From assembly GCF_036321535.1 (NCBI RefSeq), contig NC_087437.1:51710001-51774000 (forward strand): a DNA stretch of 64,000 nucleotides, read 5' to 3'. Below the pieces are notes generated by a model, which was given only the letters and a program-made list of their open reading frames with translations, made no database searches and was not told the DNA's origin. How positions within the stretch are numbered: the stretch's first letter is position 1; each line of letters opens with the position of its first letter. Position numbers and translations under genes: made by a program. Source of the stretch: Camelus dromedarius (lineage: Eukaryota). Of the stretch, positions 13,980-24,200 are shown one piece after another.

Positions 13980-14700
13980 TTTCCCTTCATTCCAAATCAA
14001 AGGTTGGAGCCCGCTTCCTGGGTTCCTCGGTACTTCCTCAGCTTGGAAAGATAAGAGGGTTACGGCCTTCTGGCACTGGAGAGATGGAGGTGTCCCAGCT
14101 CTCCTTATCTGCCCTGGCCTTCAGTTCCTGTCCCTCCACCTGCCCTCCTCTCATGTCTGTTCTGTTGCCAGGTGGTCACCTTCCTGCCGCAGGCTGTTGT
14201 AGCCAGCACTCAGGTGCCCTCCAGCTTGTCGGCTTCTTGATCAGGAAGCATTCCCGTGGGAACCATGGTGCCAACATCCGGTGAGGACGGGCCCTCCATT
14301 ACCTGCTGACCCTGCTGCCTCTTCTATCGGGCCCAAGAACAAAGGAGCCCGGTGCCTGCCGCCAGGCGGGCTGTGTTTGTCCAGGGTGAGGCCTGCCCTG
14401 GCACAGATGCTGAGCAAACAGGAGCACTGGCCTCACAGCAGGGCTTACAACGAGCAGGGCTTCAGCTGGGAGGTGTTACTGCCAGGCCACCTGCTGAAAT
14501 ATTACCCTGCCTTACTCCAACCAGCACCTCAGGGCAGAAAGGACTCTAGGACAAGCTGTCCTACCTCTGGGCCTCAGGCTTTCCAGCTCTACAATGGGAT
14601 AGTTGCACAAGATCTTCTCTAAGATCCCTTCTGTGGTCTAGAACTTTGAACGATGTTGCTCAAAGTCTCTCTCTTGCTTGAGTAGAGATCAAAGGCAGAA
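13980..14700. promoter_or_regulatory. Putative upstream enhancer of EPHB3 (TCF/LEF, RBPJ, ETS, E-box cluster)
   Basis: ATCAAAG 13996-14002; AGATCAAAGG 14686-14695; CTTTGAA 14644-14650; CGTGGGAA 14255-14262; CAGGAAG 14242-14248; E-boxes at 14169, 14211, 14463, 14488. Confidence 0.6.
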
Positions 14701-15029
14701 GTGCCTTGGGGTAGGGTGGAATCTGGGAATCTCATGGCACCTTCTTCCCCCCACCCCCAGCCTAGCCCCATGTACCCACACATACCTCTGGCCAGGAGGA
14801 CTGACCTCTCAGAGCAATGTCCTCCAGCACTGAATCAGTAACCTCACTTACACTAACGGAGCTCCTAGGACTGGATCAACGGCGCTTCATGGTCAGAGGA
14901 TTAAGTGTGACAATCTTGTTTCCAAGGCCACTTGACTCACTCTCTGCCCCAGAAATCTCAGGGTAGCTGGGGAAGGTTCAGAGGGACCATGGAGGGTTGT
15001 TTCTCTAGTTACGACAGTGAGAGGCTGCA

Positions 15030-15200
15030 TGGTAATAGTGACTCTCGGACTTTAGTGTGTATGTGAATCACCTGGGATGCTTATTTAAAATGCAGAATCC
15101 TGGGCTGCATATCCCAGAGCTTCTGAATCCCAGCATCCAAGGTGGGTGGATGGCTCAGAATTCTGAGTTTTTGACACATTGGTGATCCTTAGGTGTCTGA
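15030..15200. mobile_element. MER5-like hAT element
   Basis: gaatcacctgggatgcttatttaaaatgcagaatcctggg...agagcttctgaatc; a similar copy lies at ~11850-11995. Confidence 0.55.
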
Positions 15201-15240
15201 TGAAGTAGAATGAGTGAGCCTAAAAGCTATACAGTTCTTG

Positions 15241-15395
15241 GAGGGAGGGTATAGCTAAAGTGGTAGAGCGCATGCTTAGCATGCAGGAGGTCCTGGGCTC
15301 AATCCCCAGTACCTCCTCTGAAAAAAAAAATTAAATAAACCTAATTACCTCCCCCCTGCCAAAATAAAATAATTAAAATACTACAACAATAAATG
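15241..15395 (+). mobile_element. tRNA-Ala-derived SINE (Vic-1-like, camelid) with 18-bp TSD
   Basis: Head GAGGGAGGGTATAGCTAAAGTGGTAGAGCGCATGCTTAGCATGCAGGAGGTCCTGGGCTCAATCCCCAGTACCTCC and an A-rich tail; AAAGCTATACAGTTCTTG is duplicated at 15223-15240 and 15396-15413. Confidence 0.9.
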
Positions 15396-16559
15396 AAAGC
15401 TATACAGTTCTTGATTCAAATCCCACCCCGGCCACCTATGAGCACTGTGACTTGAAGCAAGTCACTCAGCCTTTCTAGATGTCAGTTTTGTTTGTGAAAT
15501 GAGGCTATAATAACATGTGCCTTTTAAAAAATAAGACAGATTTTTTTCAGAGTGTTTATGGCTCTTTGCAAATGTTTGTTGAGGAAATGGGGTAGAAGTC
15601 TATTTGCCCAATCCAGAAATTTGGGAGTTCTCCTTGATGTCTCCAACTACCCTAGATCTCACAACCACTCAGTCACAATCCCCTGAACTCTACCTCCTAA
15701 AAGACCTTAGACTGGCCTGCTTCTCTCCATCCTCACAGCCACCACCCTAGAGCAAGCCACCGTATTCCTCTGACTGACCACCGTACAGCTTTCTCTGTGA
15801 CCTCTCTGCTTCCACTCTTGCCTCTTCCCATTCTTCCTTCCTCGAGCAGCCATGTGAACCTGATAAGGTGATGCCTCTGCTTCAGATCTTAGCTCATCTT
15901 TTTATTTTATGTTATTTTATTTAGTATTTAGTCTGACATTTATTTCAAGTGAGTTGGAAATTCAAAATGGTGGGGGAAGATGTGCTTAGATGCCCAGCTC
16001 TCAGGAAGGCCTTATGAATCTAAAAAAAAATCCCTCTGGTACCCGACACCTACTCCAAGCTTCCTTCAGCCCCTCTCAGCCTCTAACTCTACATTTAAGA
16101 TATTCTGAACATCATTCAGCTTCCACCAATAAATATCAATTTCTCTTGCCCCTGGGACTTCACACAAAATGTATTTGCTTTGCCTGAAACTGCCGTCCCC
16201 CACCTCCCCAAACATACATCCTTCACCTGCTATTCATCTTTCATATTTCTGCTTGAATGTCATTTCCTCAGGGCCCTCTCACACGTGCTCCAGCAACTCT
16301 GTCCTTCCTCCATAATGATACTTGTTACACTCTCCTGTGATGACTTCATGCCTGCCTCCACCGCTAAACTAGCTCCAAGAGAATACAAGCCTCTGTTTTA
16401 TCCATTGCTGTATTGCCAGAAGTTTCTAGAGTCTTTGGCTCAAAGAACGATGAAACACACGGCTGAATGAATGAATGAATAAATAAACATGCGAGAAGGC
16501 CCTAGTCACAGGATATGTCGCGGAGGGTACCCACCTGGTAGTGCCTAGACTGAGTTTAG

Positions 16560-17431
16560 TTATGTTCTGTACGGGCCTGTAAAGAACCACGTGGGGGCGA
16601 CCCTGGGCACATACAGGCCACACGGGGGCGCCCCCAGCTCGCTGTATGTGGATGGGACCTCCTCGGACTTAGGTTCGGTTACTAATCGCCAATGGGCGGC
16701 AGGAGGCGGGTTTCTCCCTCTGATGGACAGTATCGCTCCGCCCAATCTAATTCATCTTTTTCTTAGCCCCGCCCACCCCAGGCCTCAGAGAACCCGAGGG
16801 TGGGCCTGATGGAGGCACCGCCAACTGAACTCCAGCCGAGTGCTCTCGAGGCCGAACTAGCGCTCTTGGCTGCCTGTGAGTGGGTGGCCGGGGACCAGGG
16901 GCGGGGCCTAGGGGTTGACAGGCAGGCGGCCGGTCCCGCCCCTCTCGCCCAGAGCGGCCGCGCCAGCGCAGGGGACAGCAGAAGTGAGTACGTGAGCGGC
17001 GCAGCAAGAACCCAGCTCGGACCCCGGACGGCGCGCGCATCCGGAGCTCCGGGTCTGGGTCGGGCCCACCGCAGACCGCTGGATTACTGTGCACTTCGAA
17101 CTACCACCACTTGCGCACTCTCGTCCCGGCCCGCCTCTCCGAGTCCTCTGGCTCCGAGCTCTCCAAGCGCCCCGGATTCTCCTGGACCGGTCCGCCCGGA
17201 TTTCCCCAGGACCGACCTGCCCGCATCGCCCGGCTCAGGGCGCCGGCTAGGTCCCGAAGCCGCCCGACTGGATTGCATTCTCTCCTTGCCCGAATCTCCT
17301 GGAACCGTGCGCAAGCCTTCTTTGGAGCTCGCCGAGCGGACCCTCCCGTGGGTGCCCGCAGCCCCGCCGGCGCGGCCCGGCGCGGCCCGGCTCGGCTCCC
17401 GGAACCCTCCCCGGCCATGGCCCGAGCCCGC

Positions 17432-17468
<37 letters not shown>

Positions 17469-18200
17469 GGCTCCTGCCGCTGCTCTCTCCGCTGCTGCTC
17501 CTGCCGCTGCTGCTGCCCACTGGCTGCCGGGCGCTGGAAGGTGAGCGGCGTCGGGGGGCGCGTCCAAAGGTTAAGGTGTCCAGGGTTGCCCGAGGGTGGG
17601 CTCGAGGGCCCGGGTCCGATGCCGGTCGGGCGCATGTCGGAGGAAGCTCTGTCACCCGTGCCCTCTCCGGGGACAGGAGGATGAGGTGGGGAGGACGCCT
17701 CCGGAGCCGCTTCGGTGGTTTCAGCTGCCTACGCGGCCGGCGGTCCGCGGGTTGCGGGATTGCCGGCAGCTCGACTCAGGCGATCGTCGCCAAAAGTCAT
17801 GGCCCGGCGTGAGCTTTTGTGGGAGTACCCCGCACTCACGGCAGAGGATCGGGGCCCTCGGCACCTCCAGAGGCAAGGCAGTATGGGCGACCCACCAGGC
17901 AAGGTGGGGTCTCTGAGGTTAATGCGGGGCTGTTGGGGGTGGCGGCGAAGCGGGACTCCCGAGGTTGTGGGGCGGTGGGTTAGGAACCCGTTGGCGTTAA
18001 ATGTGAGAGTGTGAGTGTATGCACCCCGCTTTGCCGGGGGACGGCTGCGGGGGTGGAGAGGCGGGGGCCTGTTATTGTTTACGGTTTACCGAGCGCCAAC
18101 TACACACGAGGTGCTGTGTGCACCGGCGTTGCACATTGTTCTGCGGCTTCCCTTCCGCCGTCTAGCAAGACCCCCCGAGTGCTCGGGTCTCCTCTGAACC
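16560..18200 (+). promoter_or_regulatory. EPHB3 CpG-island promoter, 5'UTR and start of intron 1
   Basis: Very high GC/CpG density; CCAAT at ~16689; GC boxes (GGGGCGGGG ~16898, CCCGCCC ~16768 and ~16935); no obvious TATA box. TSS probably near 16980-16995 (inferred). Confidence 0.9.
17417..17540 (+). CDS. EPHB3: EPHB3 exon 1 coding part (signal peptide, poly-Pro)
   Basis: Kozak gccATGG; MARAR(P)12[24 protein letters not shown]; donor G|gtgagc. Confidence 0.96.
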
Positions 18201-21200
18201 CCTGAGGTTGTGGGGTTTGTCCCAGATAGCCCTGGAGCCGGGTGCCTTACCCATTACCGGTGGGAAAAGGCCGGGCTTCTCGATGGGTTCTGTGAAACCT
18301 GCCCAGACGGCTGCTGAGGGGTTGGCTCCAACTTCCAAAAGACTGTACTTGGATCAACAGCCCAAGTGTTGTTGGCCCTGGTGGGAGAGCTCACACCATC
18401 CACTTGACACAAGCCTCCGGGGACAGAGGCACAGACACTGGTCACAAACAGTAGACATACAGACACAGATACCCACACAGTTTCCAAAATTTTTGGAGTC
18501 ATTAAATAAGGGAAGAAAAGCCTTCTCTAATGTGGAAGGAAGGACACCAGCAGAAATTTGGGGGAAACTGGGATATAGGCAGTTCTTATATTTGATGTCT
18601 TTAACCAATCTAGTCACTTTATTAGTTGAAGAACAAAAACATGAGTTCTGTATAACTCGGTTTGTTCCTACGTTCACAACTGGTAAACCAAAAGGTTGGA
18701 AGGAAGAAAGAACACAGTTCCACCAGAAAGGCATCTTCTGGTGCGTTCTCATTTTCTCCAGGGGAAAATAAACATTCCTATGAACCCCACCGTCTTTTCT
18801 CTCTGAGCTTACTGGTGCCGACAGACTGATTCACACGGGTGGACACATGCAGATCCAGACAGACACACCGAGGTCGCGCCCACACTTGCGCACACTCACC
18901 CACATGTGTGTGATAGGATCGCAGGCGTGAGAAACCGGTGTGGGGCTTTGTTGTTGATTGCCTCAAGGGTGTGAGCCATGGAGCCTGTTGGAGTTCTCAG
19001 GTCTGTGTCTGTGTCTTGGCCCAGGAGAGGCGATGCGGGCACACACGCTTTCAGGGCTGTATGTGCCCCGGCCCAGAGCCCTTATTTTGGCGTGTGGTGG
19101 GTGCTGGCCCTGAGGTGGGGGGGTGGGTCAGGTGAGCAAGGGCTACCTGAGAAGGCTCACCTCTTCCTTCCTCCCTCCCTCCCCTGCTTCCTCTTTCTCT
19201 TCCTTCCTCCTCTTCACCTCTCACACTCTGCTGGACCCTCTAGACCCTAACTGACAGGCCCTAACTGGGAGCTGGCATCCTGGCTTGGCTGAGGGTTAAG
19301 GGGCTGATCTAGAGGCAGAGGCCTGAGGAGCTGTAGCAGCCCAGGGAAGAGAGGGCAGTGGGGCCATTGCCCCCTCTTCTGTCCCCTCCCCCCCTAGACT
19401 GTGAAGTGGGATCTGGGGCTATTCCCTGGCGGGAGGGTGGTGGCTGGGGGCCAGGCCAGTGTGGGATGCCCCTGGGAAGGGAGCAGTGCCTCTCAAGTGT
19501 GGCTTTCACCAGTTCCTTCATTTTTTGCCATATTTCAGCACTTAGGGTCTTCAGTTTGTGTGAGAATGAAAGGAAAAAGAAAGGTAATGCCTCAGCCCAG
19601 GGGCCCATCTGCCCACCCTCACTGTGAGATGGCAGAGTAGTGGAGCCCACCTCCTAGGGTTGTTATGAAGATCAAACCCTTAACGTGTGTCAAGTGCTTA
19701 GCACATAGCCGTTGTTATTCAAGGATTAACTGTTATTATTATTACCCTAGGGTCTGCTCCTTGGGGAGCACCAGAAGTAAAATTGGTGTGGGCCCTGGCC
19801 CTGCTGGAGGGAGGTTAGAGGAAGCAATGATGGGGGAGGAGATGTCCCCCACCTCCATCTCTCTCTAGCTTTGGGAGAGAAGGGATGGGATAGGAGGAGA
19901 GCTGGATCAGGGGGCAGCTATTCTTGATTCCCCCCTGTACCCCACCCCCATTCTGGAGCTTAAATGGTGGGATAGGTGGACTTGGGGGTCCTGGGCTGTG
20001 GCAGAGGGCAGGGCTAGATGCAACCCCGAGCACTGAAAATCTCTTTGGCCCCCCAAGCTTCATGGGTGGAGGATCTTACCCCCTTGCTCCAGCCTTCCCT
20101 TTGGTTTTGCCAGGATTCCGTTTGCCCTTGGTCTTGGGGAGCCTTTAGACTCTCTGCATCTAGGGTTGTTATATTGAGGCCCAGGGTCCTTGAGCTGTGG
20201 GTGCTGCCCCTCATGGACTCATTGATTAGATGCTATCTAGCATCTGGTTGCTCTTCCTCCCTACACACTTGGGGTTCACCAAGACTCTGCATCCAAATGT
20301 CTCATCAGTTTTCCATGAGGATGAACCAGGGTCCTTGCTAGTCCTCCTGGGTTGGAGAGACACCTCTCCCCTTGCCCTCTGATTGATTCCCACCCCCAAC
20401 ACACAGATTGCCCTCGGATTTACCCTCAGTCGCAGGGAAACAAGGCCACTTTGTTGCTTACTCTCCTTTCAAGTTATATTCCCCAGTCCCCCAAGCCAAG
20501 ATCATTTTCCCCTTCGGGACCACAAACCAGGGAGTGGGGTCGGGCAGTGAGCAGACAAGGAACAGTGTTTGGGATGAGGAAGGATGTCTGGACCATAGGG
20601 CCCTGATACCTCAGATAGGATGGGGAGGTCCCTGCCAGGAACAGACCTTTTTGAGAAAAGAGAAACAGTTACTAGAGGTAAGAGGTGGGGGTTGGATGGC
20701 CTTCTCCCAGGCAAGCCCTGTAGCGGACTTGCCGCTGCAGTGGAAGTGGGAGAGAGGCAGTGTGTGAGCCCAGCTCTTTCTCGGAGGCAGCAACATTGAC
20801 CACCGAGAGGGGAGAGGGGACAGCAGGCTGGGGTTTCTGTGGCTTCCTCGCTTGTTCCAGTGGCCTCTGGCGCCCCCGACCCCGCCCCTGTTTGTCTTGA
20901 GCTGGCACCTCACAGCTGCGACCAAGGGACAGCAGCAGGTATTTGGGGGAACCAGTTTGCTCGGCACTGCCTTCCCTTTAACCAGAACTGCTGCCACTGC
21001 TGCCACTGTGGCCTCAGCGGCAGCGAAGCTCTCCCAAAGCTACGATGGGCAAGGCTTCTGCCGCCCGGCCTTACACTAATTAAACAGCATGAAGAGGCTG
21101 AATCACCAGGCCTGCATAGTTTGAAAATTGTAGCCCTGCCTGTTGTGCTGAGTCAAACTGGTTTGTCGGGATTGGGCAGCTGGGGGTGGAGGGAGAGAGA

Positions 21201-24200
21201 CTGGGTACAGCTGGGCACCTGATGGGGTGGGAGAGACCCCCTGCCCCAGGGGCTGGCCCTGGTGCCGGGTCTCCTATTGCTTTTCTGTCCCCAAACTCCT
21301 GGTCACACCCACTGTGGCGGGGATCCCAGGGAAGGGCTCAGAGGCCTCCATAAGGGCTAGCCGTCTGTCTGTCTGTCCTTCTGGCTGGCTGGCAGGGCTA
21401 TGACTTGGGTGGGGGGCATGGATGAGCACTGAGGCATTTAGGCTCCCTGCCCTGTGCTTCTTCCTCCCTTCTCCTCCCTCTCAGGTTTATTTAATTATAA
21501 ATCCCCATGATCTGAGGGGAAGAATGAAAAACAAAATGTGTTCTCTGTTCTGAGATGCTCCCCTCCCCTCTATCCCAGACTTGAGAGCCTAGGGACCATG
21601 GCAAGGGGAGGGAGAGGTGGCCCTCCAGGTCTCATGGCAGGGTCTGCCTAAGACCCCTTTCTCTCTGACTGACCACCCTGAATCACGGGTGTATATGCGC
21701 TGACATGCAGGGGGTGGGGCGGGGAGGGATGAGAGAAGACAGAACAGATCCCTCAGGTTGGTTGGCTGAGGGAGGGATCCCAGGTGGAGGAGGGGGACCA
21801 ACTCCAAGGTGAGGAGGAGTTTTCTCCCTCTATTTGCAGGCAGGACTCCAGGGTGTGCCTTCTTGCATAGACCCTGCCCTCTGCCGTTCTGTCCCTACAT
21901 ACTCCACTGGCCCAGCCCAGGAGTGTGACCTTTCCCGCCACCTTCAAAGTCCCTGGTCTGGAGTTTGGGCTGGTGGCTTCTTGTTTCTGTCTCTAGAACT
22001 TTTGGACTCTCTGGGTCTCACTAACATGCCTATTCCCAGGGTGGGGTGCTCTGTGTGACTTGGGGCTTAGGGGTGCTTTGGGGTCTGGCAGCTCCATAAA
22101 GTTGTATGCGCCTGGCCCTTCACTGGAGCAGGTGGCAGGCTCCCAGCTGGTTCCCCTGCACCAGGGTGGCCCAGTGAGGCCCTCAGACACTGGGTGCCCA
22201 CGATGTTCTCCTGCTGGGCCCCCAACTTATGTGTAGAAGTGTTGCCCAAAGCTCCTGAGGCTAATTGTCTCCATCATGCCACCCCCTCCCCAAGGGCTGA
22301 GTGCTGGGGACGGTGCCATTGTGCTGGCAGGGAAGTGGCCTGCTGCTTGGGCAAGGGCTGTACCTGGGAGGCTGCACCCAGCCACACCTAGAATCATCTT
22401 CATGTCCCTGCCCCACCCCCAACCTCCTGACCTGTTAAAACTCCTGCCTGGGCCAGGGCCACAGGAAGCAGGTCTGGGGCTCGTTCCTTCCCTGAGCCTC
22501 TGGCCAAGGCTGCCTGGTCCCTCTTCTCTCTCAGCAGACACTGATCTCTCCCAACTCTTCCTCCACCTCACTTGAAGACTGGCCTCATAGAAGGGATCTG
22601 CGTGCAGTGGGTGTGTGTGTGTGTGTGTGCGCGCGCGCGCGTGTGTGTTGCATGTGCACAGAGGATGCACCTCTGACGCTCTACACAAATTCTAGATATT
22701 AATACTTAGACTGCGTCTACATGCTCCTGCGGAATGTTTCAGTGCAAATGGGTGCCTGTGTGTGTGCACAGCTGACGCTAGTTGTGTGTGACTGTGTAAG
22801 AGCATGTCAGTGCGTCTGTAAAGGGAAACTGGTGTTTGTGTTTGCACTTGACTACACTCAAGAGTCTGATGTGTGGCTGGCAATAGTATGCAGTTGAGTG
22901 TGTAGGGAGAATGCGCTTTTGGATGCATATGTCTGCACATACGAAGACTGTGAGAGTGTCTTTGCCTAAGGTGCGCCGAATCCATGTGTAGGAAACATTT
23001 ACTGTATATGAATGCCTCAGGAAGACTAATCTGTTTGTACCATATGCATCTGTGTGTCTGAAAAAGACAGGCCATGCCTGTGTCTGAAGCTGCCTGTGTG
23101 TTTGTGGGCGGCTGTGGCTTTGTGTGTTTTTGTCTACCATATGTGTGACTTGTCGCTCTTTGGCCCCAATGGTAGGGAACGAGCCCAGCCACTGAGAACT
23201 GGGCGATGTGTGTGCATCTGTGTGCACGGGTCAGGGCCATACAGCTGCTGCCACGTGGCTGTTCCCCAAAGCCTGTGGAAACCCGAAAGGGGTGTTGCTT
23301 TCATTCTGAAGATTGAAACCCCAGTCTCCGAAAGCCCCAGAAAGGCCCAGTGTCTGCTTCCCTGCTTGCTTTTGGGGGTTGGTGGGGTTCCCTGTGTGGG
23401 GTTGGTGGGGTTCCCTGTGCAACAGAGCCCTGTGTCTGGGAGTGGCCACCGGCTCTCTGGTCCCCTCCAGCAGCCGCATTGGCAGTTGGGTGCAGTTGGC
23501 AGCTGGGAGTTTGGAGACTGCTCCCTCATTCCTCTTTTGTCCTTGTCCCCTGTACCTGTGTCCTTTACCCCAGCATGTACACACGCACACACACCCCACA
23601 CCACACCACACCACACACAGAAAGAAAAAAGGCGGACTCTGTTGGGGTGGGTCTCTTCCCTTCAACACCACAGACAGATAGATTCTGGGCCCCTCCATGT
23701 TCTTCCTGAGACTGGGACACAGGCATCCCATGGTATCCCTCTTGCTGAAGGGAGCAGGCCCCTCTGCTCCCTGAGAGAGCAAGCTCCCCTCCCCACCAGG
23801 GTGACCGGAGCCCTTCCTCAGGCACACATGACTCGAAATCCAAGTCCTCTCCTCATTAATGGGAAAAATGTGCCGAGATTGAGTGATGGCCAAGGCTGAG
23901 CGATGGCCAAGGGCCGATCCCCACCCCCTCCCTCTCTCGCTCCCCAGAAATTGAACAGAAATGAAGAACCTCCCCCCAGCCTCCCACCTCCCACCACCCA
24001 ACCATCCCCTCCTTCCACTCCCTCCTCCCAGAGCCAGCGCAGGGCTTGTTTTAAACTGTGGAGGAATCTGGCTAGAGGGGGGAGGGGGCTGAATATTTGG
24101 GTTTAAACAGTTCCAGATGGGTTTGGCACAGGCTGAGCAGAAGGAAGTGAGGGAGAGGGAGGAGGGAGGCAGCGCGAGGGAGCGGTAGGAGCCCTGGCCT

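Noticed and set aside
15244..15316. tRNA-Ala(AGC) gene
   Set aside because: Mismatched stems, a mutated T-loop/B box, an A-rich tail and a flanking TSD identify it as a SINE head
16800..17684. 294-aa ORF with a poly-Arg run, and the antisense poly-Arg/Gly/Ala ORFs over exon 1
   Set aside because: Alternative-frame translations of the GC-rich island and the CCG repeat; no domain and a non-AUG start
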